Shown: positions 18,130 to 26,604, numbered from the stretch's first letter. The stretch: 64,000 bases of DNA from Caulobacteraceae bacterium (GCA_019748095.1 JAIEQA010000008.1:10625-74624), one strand, 5' to 3'. Notes: a model not told the origin generated them from the letters alone. A program made the numbers and translations.

Positions 18130-18939
18130 CTATTGCGCCAGCGGGATAGGCGCTGTGCGGCGCAGGATCAACGGGTGCAGGGCCGGGGCGGAGCAGACAA
18201 GGCTGGCCTGACGGGGGTCGGGGCGGTTGAAGACCCACGGCCGGCCGTGGTGATCGCTGACGCGCCCACCCGCCTCGGTGGCGATCAGGGCCCCGGCGCA
18301 GACGTCCCAGTCAAACTTGGGCGTCAGGGCGATGGCGGCGTCGAAGGCCCCCGAGGCCACCAGCGCCATGCGGTAGGCGAGGGCGTTGCGCTTCTCGTAG
18401 CGCATGGGTGGCCAGGGCTCGGGCCAGTGCGGGCCCTCCATCAGCCGGGCGTCGGCGAGGACAGCGGCGTCATCGAGGGTGTCGACATCCGAAGCTGTGA
18501 TCGGACGGTCGTTCAGGCGGGCCCCGCCACCGACGGTGGCCTCGAAGGTGTCGTTCATCGAGGGGACGTGGATCACGGCGGCGACGGGCTGGCCGTCCTC
18601 GACAACGGCGATCGGCACGCACCACCAGGGCCGGGCCTTCATGAAGGCGACGGTGCCGTCGATGGGGTCGACCACGAAGATCCGGCGCCGGGTGAGGCGG
18701 TCGGGCGTGTCCGGCGTCTCTTCCGACAGCCAGCCATAGTCGGGTCGGGCAGCCAGCAACATCGCCTTGAGCATGGTGTCGACCGCCATGTCGGCATTGG
18801 TGACGGGCGAACCGCCGTCCTTGTGGGTCACGGTCAGGCCGAGGGTCCGTTCCTGCTCGGCGAGGATGCCGCCGGCGCGGGCGGCCGCCCGGATCAGGGC
18901 AAGGTCGGCGGCGAGATCAATCGGGCCCGGATCGCTCAT
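18130..18939 (-). CDS. Inositol monophosphatase family protein (CysQ-like 3'(2'),5'-bisphosphate nucleotidase)
   Basis: WLSEET, VVDPIDGT and WDVCAG motifs of the IMPase/CysQ superfamily. ATGA overlap with the pmbA stop. Confidence 0.85.
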   Translation of the reverse strand: MSDPGPIDLAADLALIRAAARAGGILAEQERTLGLTVTHKDGGSPVTNADMAVDTMLKAMLLAARPDYGWLSEETPDTPDRLTRRRIFVVDPIDGTVAFMKARPWWCVPIAVVEDGQPVAAVIHVPSMNDTFEATVGGGARLNDRPITASDVDTLDDAAVLADARLMEGPHWPEPWPPMRYEKRNALAYRMALVASGAFDAAIALTPKFDWDVCAGALIATEAGGRVSDHHGRPWVFNRPDPRQASLVCSAPALHPLILRRTAPIPLAQ

Positions 18940-20282
18940 TTGCCCGCAATGGCGACGGCGTCGATGAGCAGGGAGGGGGTGTTGAAACTGCCGCGGAACT
19001 CGAGGTCCGAACCGGGTATCAGTCGGGCCCAGAAGTCGAGGAGGTTGCCGGCGACGGTGATCTCACTGACGGGATAGGCGATCTGACCATTCTCGAACCA
19101 CAGGCCCGAGGCCCCGGCGGACCAGTCGCCGGTGTTGGAATTCAGCGAGGGGCCGAACATGCCGGTGACCAGCAGGCCCGTCCCGGCCTGGGCCATCAGT
19201 CCCGCCTGATCGGCGTCGCCGGGGGTCAGGTGCAGGTTGTGGGTCGAGACCCCGGCCGGGCCGGCAAGGCCGCGCGAGGCGTGGCCTGTGGTCTGCAGGC
19301 CCAGCTGATCGGCCGAGGCGCTGTTCAGCAGCCAGGTGGTCAGGACACCGTCGTCGATGATGGCGTGCCGCGCGACCGGCGAGCCTTCGTCGTCGAAGGG
19401 CACCGAGCCCAGGCCCCGGACGCGGAAGGGATCGTCGATCAGGCTGAGGCCCGCGGGCAGGATGCGGTCGCCCATCCGGGTCTTGAGGAAGGAGGTGCCG
19501 CGCGCGATCGAGGGGCCCGAGATGGCCCCCAGCAGGGGCGACAGGACCTGGGTCGCCATGCGGCGATCGAAGATGACCGGGGCGGTGGTCGAGGCGATCT
19601 TGCGGGGACCCAGCTTCTCGACTGCCCGGCGGCCGGCCTCGGCCCCGATGCCCTCGGGCCCCGGCAGGTCGGACAGCCAGCGGGTCGAGCGGCTTTCGCC
19701 GCCACGCTCCATGGCGCCCTCTTTTTCGGCGATGACCCCGACGCCCAGCGAGAAGCCCGTCGCCTGATAGGCTCCGTCGAAGCCTTCGGAGGTGACCAGA
19801 CGCCAGCGGCTGGATGAGGTCGAGGCATGGCCGCCTTCAGAGCGGGCGACGCCGGGGACCGCCAGGGCGACGGCCTCGGTCTCGCGGGCGGCCTGTTCCA
19901 GCTCGGCGGCGGTGCGCTCGGACGGGTCGAACAGCTCCAGATCCCGGAACGGGCCCCGGGCGAGGCGGTCGGCGGGGATCAGGGCGGCGTGGGGATCCTC
20001 GGGGGCGAGCCGGGCCATGGCCACGGCCCGCTCGACCAGACGGGCGCGGGTGGCGGGCGAGAGGTCGGAGGCCGAGACGGTCGCCTGCTGGCGGCCGACG
20101 AAGACCCGCAGGCTCAGATCGCGGCTCTCCTCGCGCTCCACATCCTCCAGCACGCCGTTGCGGACCCCGACGGACAGGGAGGCGCGTTCCGAGGTGACGG
20201 CCTCGGCCGCATCGGCCCCGGCGCGCAGGGCGGCGGCCACGATGTCGTTCAGGATGTCGGTGGGAGGAAGGCTGTCAGGCAT
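18936..20282 (-). CDS. pmbA: TldD/PmbA family metalloprotease (PmbA/TldE)
   Basis: Start reset to ATG 20282 (MPDSLPPTDILNDIVAAALRAGADAAEAV). The 448-aa length and the C-terminal GMFGPSLNSNTGDWSAGASGLWFENGQI..PVSEITVAGNL are typical of PmbA. Confidence 0.9.
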   Translation of the reverse strand: MPDSLPPTDILNDIVAAALRAGADAAEAVTSERASLSVGVRNGVLEDVEREESRDLSLRVFVGRQQATVSASDLSPATRARLVERAVAMARLAPEDPHAALIPADRLARGPFRDLELFDPSERTAAELEQAARETEAVALAVPGVARSEGGHASTSSSRWRLVTSEGFDGAYQATGFSLGVGVIAEKEGAMERGGESRSTRWLSDLPGPEGIGAEAGRRAVEKLGPRKIASTTAPVIFDRRMATQVLSPLLGAISGPSIARGTSFLKTRMGDRILPAGLSLIDDPFRVRGLGSVPFDDEGSPVARHAIIDDGVLTTWLLNSASADQLGLQTTGHASRGLAGPAGVSTHNLHLTPGDADQAGLMAQAGTGLLVTGMFGPSLNSNTGDWSAGASGLWFENGQIAYPVSEITVAGNLLDFWARLIPGSDLEFRGSFNTPSLLIDAVAIAGK

Positions 20283-20978
20283 GGCCCGATATGGCGGACC
20301 GGGGGGCGGGCCGCAACGGCGGGGCCATGCGGACCCGGAAAACTGTGTCCGGATGGTCCGGATCGCACCTCGGGACCGGTGTGCATCAAAGGGCCACCGG
20401 AAGGCATGGTGGGTAAGGCCAGGCGAATTTTTTGGTGTGCCGGACGAGCGCGTCCTGGGTTCAGGCCTCGGGTCGCTGTGCCGGCGGCACCGGTGTCCGG
20501 CGGACATCTGTGGCCGCAGTCGATTCGCTTTTTTGGGCCCCAAGCAGTTTCACGGTCCGACACATTCGAGACGTTTGTGTGAAAGGGTCATACGACCGAG
20601 CCTGACTCTCCTCTGCCCTTCGCTGGACGCAAAACGCAGGGGCTGCGACCTCGTCCACTTTTGCGGGGGAGGATCAGTCTGGCATGCCCGGCACACCGTC
20701 TGCTCCACCCTGTGCCGGTTCGGGACAACAGTGAAGCTTTGTGGGACATACTGGTCCGCCGCCTCCCCGGTTTCCGGCTCCGGAGCAGAGGTGCATGAAC
20801 CCATGAACGGGGAAGGAATCGACCTTTTCAGCCTCCGGCCGTGGGAAAACGGCCCGCCCGGATAGGTTGACGGCTGGATTCAGCGTTGTTCTGACACGTT
20901 GGTACGCCGCCAGGGCTCTTTCGGCCCCACCCTTGCACTGCCCTGCCTGCCCATCACGGGCATGTCAGGAGCCCCATA

Positions 20979-21593
20979 GTGAAGTCCATCTCTCTTCTTT
21001 CAGCCGTGGCGGCCCTCGCCCTCGTCGCCGGTGCTGCCGAGGCGCAAACGATCAACTCCGGCCAGCTTCTCCAGGGCAATGTGCGGGCCCAGCTGAACGC
21101 CGTGGTCAGCACCGTCCGGGCGGACCTCTCCGCCACTGCGGCTGCCATCGGCAACGGCTTTGGCGCGGACGGCACTACCGGGCCGGCGATCAACAACATC
21201 CAGCTTTTCTCGGGCAACGCCACGTCGATCCTGAACAGCGTCGTCCTGGACGTGAATGGAGACGTGAGCCAGCTCTCAACGGCTATCGCCAACCGGTCCA
21301 GCATAAGCACAGATGCCATGGAGGGCCGGATCAACAACCTGCAGAATGCAAACAACGGCCCGACAGCGATCCTGAACACGGCGGTCGAGAACGTAGGCGG
21401 CGACATGTCGGCGACCGCCGCTGCGATCAGCAATGCGGCGTCGATCAATTCGCGCCTCTCGATGGTGAACTCGGGCCAGAACAACGAGGCCGACGTCACC
21501 GCCTCCGTCGAGTCCCTCGTGCGCAATGTCGCGGGCAAGACGACGATCACGGCGGGTGCCATCGGCAACGTCGTCTCCGTCACCGGTTTCTGA
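20979..21593 (+). CDS. Secreted four-repeat curlin-like protein (first gene of the holdfast-anchor-like locus)
   Basis: GTG 20979 preceded by AGGAG 7 nt upstream. Signal peptide MKSISLLSAVAALALVAGAAEAQ. Four ~45-aa repeats, each ending in an A-I-(G/A/S)-N motif (AAAIGNGFG, STAIANRSS, AAAISNAAS, AGAIGNVVSVTGF). N/Q/S/T/A/G-rich, no Cys. Confidence 0.7.
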   Translation: MKSISLLSAVAALALVAGAAEAQTINSGQLLQGNVRAQLNAVVSTVRADLSATAAAIGNGFGADGTTGPAINNIQLFSGNATSILNSVVLDVNGDVSQLSTAIANRSSISTDAMEGRINNLQNANNGPTAILNTAVENVGGDMSATAAAISNAASINSRLSMVNSGQNNEADVTASVESLVRNVAGKTTITAGAIGNVVSVTGF

Positions 21594-21669
21594 TCCGTCG
21601 AGGAGCCGGGCGGTGTCCTGAAGGGCGCTGCGGTTTCCGCCTCAAAAGCCTCACCAGGACATATCCCCA

Positions 21670-22086
21670 ATGAAACGCTCTCTCTTCGCGGCCACGATTC
21701 TGGCCGGTCTCGCTCCCGCAAGTCTCGCCCTGGCCCAGTCCGTCTCAGGATCAGGTCTCGGGACCATGGAGTCCGGCTATGGGGGTGCGGGCCGGGTCGC
21801 CCACCAAGCCTACAATCCGAGCACACGCGACGCGAACGGCAACCGTCTGATCGTCAACGGCCGGATCATTGACCCGCGGGGGCAGGCGTTCTCGAGCTAT
21901 AGCAGCAGCGATGCCGGCACCGGTGCAGCCTACGCCCAGAGCGGAGCAGGCGGCGGCGGCACGACCACCAGCACAGCCATTGGCAATCTGCTGACGGTGC
22001 AGGTCACCGGCAGCAACAACGTCGTGGTCCTGAACGCACGCCAGACCAATAACGGGACCATCATCGCCCGGGCGAACGCCCAATGA
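21670..22086 (+). CDS. hfaA: HfaA-like holdfast anchor / curlin-repeat protein
   Basis: Signal peptide MKRSLFAATILAGLAPASLALAQ. C-terminal TSTAIGNLLTVQVTGSNNVVVLNARQTNNGTIIA resembles a CsgA/CsgB curlin repeat. Lies directly upstream of, and ATGA-coupled to, a CsgG-like gene. Symbol assigned by context, not by a search. Confidence 0.6.
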   Translation: MKRSLFAATILAGLAPASLALAQSVSGSGLGTMESGYGGAGRVAHQAYNPSTRDANGNRLIVNGRIIDPRGQAFSSYSSSDAGTGAAYAQSGAGGGGTTTSTAIGNLLTVQVTGSNNVVVLNARQTNNGTIIARANAQ

Positions 22087-22949
22087 GCCCGCGTCTGATC
22101 TTGCCGCTGGTCCTCGGATCCCTCGCGCTCGTGGCCGGTCCCGCCGGGGCCGATCCACGGGGCGGTGCGCCCGTCACGGCCAATCCGTCGTCCTATTCCC
22201 CCGCGCTGAGATGCCTGGCGGCCCGCGCCGGATGGTGGGACGGGGCGGCTCCACGTGTCGCCGTCGGCCGGATTACCGACATGACCGGCCGGAACGAGTT
22301 CTATAGCGGGACTCCCGTGCCCCAGGGCGCGTCGCTGTTCGCGATCACGGCGCTCAGACAGGCCGGAGTGCCGGTCGTTGAAAGGCTGGACAACACCGTC
22401 GCCGAGATCGAGCTGAACTATGCGCGCCAGCACCTGCTCTCCGACACGCCGGAGCAGGCGGGTCAGAGCGCGGACAATTTCCGTCCCATCCTGGCCGGCC
22501 AGATCGCGGGTTCGCGCTACTATATCGTCGGTGGGGTGACCGAGTTGAACTACAATATCGCGTCCTCGGGCCTTCAGCTCCAGGGCGGCCAGGCTGCGAA
22601 CGATGACAACAATGCCCTCGGGGGCGCGATCGGCCGGTCGCGCTTCGTTCTGAATGTCGCCGTCGATCTGCGGCTGGTCGATACCCGGTCCCAGGAAGTG
22701 GTCGAGACCGTCACGTTCCAGAAGCAGGTCGTCGGTACCGAGGCGGGGCTCAACGTCCGCGGAGTCAATCTGCGCGGGAGTGACGATACGGCGACCGGGC
22801 GATTGAACGGCGGGACGGGGGCCATGGAGCCGATCCAGTTCGCGGTTCGGTCCCTCGTCGAGCGCGGGGTCTTCGAGCTGGTGGCGGGGCTCCAGTCGGG
22901 CGACGCCCGCGGGGCCTGCCTGCCGATCGGTCCGGGAGCCCCGGCATGA
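22083..22949 (+). CDS. hfaB: CsgG/HfaB family secretion-pore protein, paralog 1 (signal peptide without a lipobox Cys)
   Basis: RVAVGRITDMTGRNEF..GASLFAITALRQAGVPVVERLD and GSRYYIVGGVTELNYNI fit the CsgG family core. N-terminus MSPRLILPLVLGSLALVAGPAGA has no Cys. Which paralog is the true HfaB orthologue is uncertain. Confidence 0.7.
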   Translation: MSPRLILPLVLGSLALVAGPAGADPRGGAPVTANPSSYSPALRCLAARAGWWDGAAPRVAVGRITDMTGRNEFYSGTPVPQGASLFAITALRQAGVPVVERLDNTVAEIELNYARQHLLSDTPEQAGQSADNFRPILAGQIAGSRYYIVGGVTELNYNIASSGLQLQGGQAANDDNNALGGAIGRSRFVLNVAVDLRLVDTRSQEVVETVTFQKQVVGTEAGLNVRGVNLRGSDDTATGRLNGGTGAMEPIQFAVRSLVERGVFELVAGLQSGDARGACLPIGPGAPA

Positions 22950-24088
22950 ACCGGTTCAGATCCGGGGTCGCCCTGGTCGCCGCGGCTGCAGTTCTCGGGG
23001 GCTGCGCCAGCACAGCCTATGATCCACAGACGGGCCTCTATGCCCGTCCGGGCGGCGGTGCCCCCGCCACCGATAACGAGACGCCCTATTCGGAGCCCCT
23101 GCGCTGTCTGGCCTCTGCGGCGAGCGAAGCTCAGCGTGTCGCTCCGCGACTGGCTGTGGGCGACATCGCGGACCTGACCGGACGCCGCGACCTTCAGACC
23201 GGCCGGATCGTCAGCCAGGGTGCAGCCCTGTTCGCGGTCACGGCCCTGACCCGGGCCGGAGTGCCGACCGTCGAGCGCCTGGATCCGGGCGTGTCCGAGA
23301 TCGAGCGACAGTACGCCCAGGCTCACCTGCTCTCGGATACACCGGAGCAGGCAGGCCAGAGCCGCGAGAATTTCCGGCCGGTCTATGCCGGAGAGATCGC
23401 CGGCTCGCGCTATTATGTCGTCGGAGGCGTGACCGAGCTGAACTATAATATCCGTTCGCGCGGTGTGGATCTCGCCGCCGGAGCCGTGCAGATCGTCGGG
23501 GCCAAGGGTGGCTTTACCGGCAGCGACTACGTCATGAACGTCGCCATCGACCTGCGCCTGATTGACACGATTTCCCAGGAGGTGGTCGCCACCGCCTCCT
23601 ACCAGAAGCAGATCGTCGGCCATGAGATTCGCGCCGGTGTGTTCAACTTCATGGGTGGGACCCTGTTTGATCTCACCGCCGGCGGCAGCGCCATGGAGCC
23701 GGTCCAGCTGGCTGTGCGGACCGCCGTCGAGCTTGGTCTCTATGATTTTGTGGCCGATCTCTACAGCCTGCCGCGCGACCGCTGTCTGGCGGGTGCTGAA
23801 GTCGGGGACCCCAGCCTGCTCGTTCGCCGCCTGACCGCGCCTCCCGCTGCGGTGGTAGCGCCCGAACCGCCTCCGGTCCTCGCAGCAGCGCCGCCCCCCG
23901 CCGCAGAGCTCCACGCTCCGCCGCCTCACGTCCATGCCCCGGCCCCGCGCCCCTATGCACTGCCCCCGCGGAACTACACCCCGTCCCCACAGGCCTACGA
24001 CCCTTCATCCTCGACATCGGCCCCGTCGGCACGTCCTCGCTCGGTGATCGAGCCCGGCGCCTGGCGGCTGCGCACGGGAGGGCGCTGA
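22946..24088 (+). CDS. CsgG/HfaB family lipoprotein, paralog 2, with a ~100-aa Pro-rich C-terminal extension
   Basis: Lipobox MNRFRSGVALVAAAAVLGGC. The core is clearly paralogous to the preceding gene (RLAVGDIADLTGRRD, HLLSDTPEQAGQS, GSRYYVVGGVTELNYNI, MEPVQLAVRT). The tail is PPAAVVAPEPPPVLAAAPPPAAELHAPPPHVHAPAPRPYALPPRNYTPSPQAYDP. ATGA overlap with paralog 1. Confidence 0.75.
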   Translation: MNRFRSGVALVAAAAVLGGCASTAYDPQTGLYARPGGGAPATDNETPYSEPLRCLASAASEAQRVAPRLAVGDIADLTGRRDLQTGRIVSQGAALFAVTALTRAGVPTVERLDPGVSEIERQYAQAHLLSDTPEQAGQSRENFRPVYAGEIAGSRYYVVGGVTELNYNIRSRGVDLAAGAVQIVGAKGGFTGSDYVMNVAIDLRLIDTISQEVVATASYQKQIVGHEIRAGVFNFMGGTLFDLTAGGSAMEPVQLAVRTAVELGLYDFVADLYSLPRDRCLAGAEVGDPSLLVRRLTAPPAAVVAPEPPPVLAAAPPPAAELHAPPPHVHAPAPRPYALPPRNYTPSPQAYDPSSSTSAPSARPRSVIEPGAWRLRTGGR

Positions 24089-24302
24089 GGCGGCCCCGAC
24101 GACGGCTCTGCGGGGGCGGGCGCGGGGTGTGCTGCCGCACGGGCTCGACGACTGTCTGCTTTCGGGCCAGGTGCCGGTGTCGAGATCTGGCGCTATTCGC
24201 AAGTTGATGGGGGCGGCCGTACACGGCTGCTCCTGAACCGAACAGACCTCCGCCCCGTCTTCCTGGTGCCACGGCCATGCCCCGTGCCTGCGGGAGTTTC
24301 GG

Positions 24303-24725
24303 TCAGAGCGGCCGACCGCCCACGAAGGCGTGGACCACCAGCATGGCCCCGGCGGCCAGCAGGGGCAGCCAGGTCAGGCACATGCCGAGGATGCGACCGG
24401 CGGTGGCCTTGCTGGGGCTGAGGGTCGTGGCGTGGATCAGTCGGCCGACGAACAGCAGGCTGCCGAGGATGTGGATGATGTAAGCCGGCATGCCGAGCAG
24501 GGTCAGGACGGCCATCGCGCCGATGGCGGCCGGGATGTATTCGGCGGCATTGCCGAAGACCCGGCTGGCCACCAGCACGGCGGGATTGCCGCCGTCGCCC
24601 AGCACGACCCTGTTGCCACGCCGGGCCAGACCGACCCGCACGCCCAGGATCACCAGCAGCAGGATCATCAGACCGCTCCACAGGGCGGTGGCCTGGGCGG
24701 AGGTCATGCCGGTGAGGAGGTCCAT
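24303..24725 (-). CDS. MAPEG family membrane protein
   Basis: 140 aa with four hydrophobic helices. RVFGNAAEYIPAAIG fits the MAPEG (glutathione transferase-like) family. Confidence 0.8.
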   Translation of the reverse strand: MDLLTGMTSAQATALWSGLMILLLVILGVRVGLARRGNRVVLGDGGNPAVLVASRVFGNAAEYIPAAIGAMAVLTLLGMPAYIIHILGSLLFVGRLIHATTLSPSKATAGRILGMCLTWLPLLAAGAMLVVHAFVGGRPL

Positions 24726-24727
24726 GG

Positions 24728-26557
24728 TCAGTTCTCCCGGGCCACCGGATAGAGCCGGTAGCGGTCGTCGTGGAAGGGGGTGCGGGCGTAGAACCAGGCC
24801 AGACGCGCGTCGCCGTTGGCGGCGAAGGCGGGATCGGCGGCCAGCTTCGCCTCGAACTCGGCCTTGAGGGCAGGATCGGCGGCCATCATGGCCTCGGCGA
24901 GCGGGGCAATGGCGTAGCCCTCGATATACTCCACGCGGCTGAGGATCTCGGGGAACAGGCCCCAGGCGAAGAAGCTTTCATTCGACTGCGGCTCCAGCAG
25001 GAGGACGGCGATGTCGCCCAGCGGCTGGTCGGTCGGCACGCGCACCGAGCCGGGGGCGAAGGTCCAGTCGCGACGCTCGGGCGTCACGTCGGTGACGGTG
25101 GCCTGGACGTGGCCTTCATTGGCCCGGGTCGCCAGCGTCGGGTTGTTGAGACGCAGCATCTCTACGGCGACCGTGCGCGGGGCGTCGAGGGTTTCCAGGG
25201 TCAGGCCGTGCAGACGCAGGCGCTCGATCAGGTCGGACCGGTGGGCGGGGACCCAGTAGGCGGTCGGCCGGGCGAGGCTCAGGCCGGGGCGCGAGCCATA
25301 GTAGGGGACCTGCCACAGTTCGGGGTCCGGGCGGCCCAGCCAGCGGATCTCGGCGCGGCCGGAGGCGGGGCTGTCGTAGGTCTCGTACAGCACACCCTTG
25401 AAGGCGCGGGTCTGGTGCGGGGTCGGGTCGGGCTGGAAGTTGGCGGGGATTTCGGTGGGGCGCAGGGCCTGATCGGCGGTGATGGCGGCCCGCAGCGGCG
25501 CGGCCTGATCGGCCAGCAGCCGCAGGGAGGCCTCCATGAAGACATAGGTGCCCAGAACCCGCTGTTCATAGGGTTTCAGGCTGTGGTTCTCGATCAGGAC
25601 GGTGGGGATGTGGGCGGCCGCGCCCCAGCCGTTGGAGAATCGCTCGCCCAGACCGCCGTCACTGAGACCGGCCTTCGGGTTCTGGTCGTCCAGACCGAAG
25701 ACGAGGGGGCCGGGGATGTGGCCCTGATCCTCGAGTGCGGTGTTGATCGCCCGCTTGAAGACGTCGTCCAGCCAGGCCGAGGAGGCGGGCGAGCGGCTGT
25801 AGCTGTCGAACTCGCCGTTGAAGCCGAAGGTGATGTCGTACTGGTAGTCCATGCCGTCGGTGACATGGATGTCCAGATAGAGGTCGGGCTTCAGGGCGTT
25901 GATGAAGGTGCGCAGGACCCGCATCTCGGGCTGGTCCAGCTTGAGGAAGTCGCGGTTCAGGTTCTGGTTGGTGGCGGTGTTGCGCCAGCCCTGGATGCGG
26001 GGGCCGCGCTGGTTGGGACGGCTGTAGGGCGAGGCGCGCTCGTGGCCGTCGACCGACAGGATGGGGATCAGCACCAGATTGGCGCGGTCGATCAGCTCGC
26101 CCTTCGACCCGAAGGCGATGTCGCGCAGCAGCATCATGCCCGCGTCCTTGCCGTCGATCTCGCCGGGGTGGATGCCGGCCTGGGCCAGCAGGACCGGCTT
26201 GGCGGGATCCAAGGTCGCGCCGTCGCGTGAGGCAATGACGGCATAGATCGGGCGGCCCTCCGGCGAGGTACCGAACTGTTCGATGCGGATCAGGTCGGAG
26301 GCCGCGTCCAGCCGGTCGAACCAGGCGCGGGTGGCGGCATAGTCGGGGCTGAAATCGAGGGCGGGGTCACGCTCGAAATCGGTGACCCAGGGATTGGCGG
26401 CGTCGGCCAGCAGGGCCCGGCTGGCCCCGTCCCACGCCAGGGCGGGCGGCAGGAAGGGCTGGTCCCAGGGGGCGAGGTTGGAACGCGACTGGGACATGGC
26501 GGGACTCGAACTCAGGACAAGGGCGGCGAGGGCCGCAGAAAACAGGATGTGGCGCAT
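24728..26557 (-). CDS. Secreted M14 family zinc carboxypeptidase
   Basis: Start reset to ATG 26557 (MRHILFSAALAALVLSSSPAMSQ signal). Zinc motif GIHPGEIDGKDA (HxxE) and HVTDGMDYQYD. Listed ORF 24728..27043 is an in-frame read-through of the upstream gene region. Confidence 0.85.
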   Translation of the reverse strand: MRHILFSAALAALVLSSSPAMSQSRSNLAPWDQPFLPPALAWDGASRALLADAANPWVTDFERDPALDFSPDYAATRAWFDRLDAASDLIRIEQFGTSPEGRPIYAVIASRDGATLDPAKPVLLAQAGIHPGEIDGKDAGMMLLRDIAFGSKGELIDRANLVLIPILSVDGHERASPYSRPNQRGPRIQGWRNTATNQNLNRDFLKLDQPEMRVLRTFINALKPDLYLDIHVTDGMDYQYDITFGFNGEFDSYSRSPASSAWLDDVFKRAINTALEDQGHIPGPLVFGLDDQNPKAGLSDGGLGERFSNGWGAAAHIPTVLIENHSLKPYEQRVLGTYVFMEASLRLLADQAAPLRAAITADQALRPTEIPANFQPDPTPHQTRAFKGVLYETYDSPASGRAEIRWLGRPDPELWQVPYYGSRPGLSLARPTAYWVPAHRSDLIERLRLHGLTLETLDAPRTVAVEMLRLNNPTLATRANEGHVQATVTDVTPERRDWTFAPGSVRVPTDQPLGDIAVLLLEPQSNESFFAWGLFPEILSRVEYIEGYAIAPLAEAMMAADPALKAEFEAKLAADPAFAANGDARLAWFYARTPFHDDRYRLYPVAREN

Positions 26558-26604
26558 GGGTCTTTCGTCCTCTGCGCCGGTCGATCTGGCAAGCCCCGGC
26601 CGCA

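Noticed and set aside
18936-20543. N-terminal extensions of listed ORFs. Examples: 18936..20543, 24728..27043, 40896..42431, 42445..43875, 46096..46716, 48471..49781, 9092..9997, 13488..14348, 12196..13554, 44366..46024, 54571..55122, 62176..63192.
   Set aside because: The family-like sequence begins at an internal Met or Val with a signal peptide or canonical N-terminus. The upstream parts are compositionally aberrant and often overlap the neighbouring gene. Starts were reset accordingly; coordinates are in the features.
20550-20804. 84-aa ORF (minus), several short plus-strand ORFs and a 16-codon uORF-like frame (ATG 20684) inside the long leader.
   Set aside because: Third-position G/C bias is weak compared with real genes here. 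There are no motifs and no convincing RBS or coupling. The region is treated as non-coding pending transcript data.
20901-20937. Possible sigma-54 (-24/-12) promoter upstream of the first anchor-locus gene: TGGTAC-N5-CAGG at 20900-20915 and cGGCC-N..-TTGCA with GG-N10-GC spacing at 20923-20937.
   Set aside because: Each candidate matches only one of the two half-elements well (TGGCAC-N5-TTGCW expected). I recall older reports of sigma-54-like sequences near hfaA, but the match here is too weak to call.
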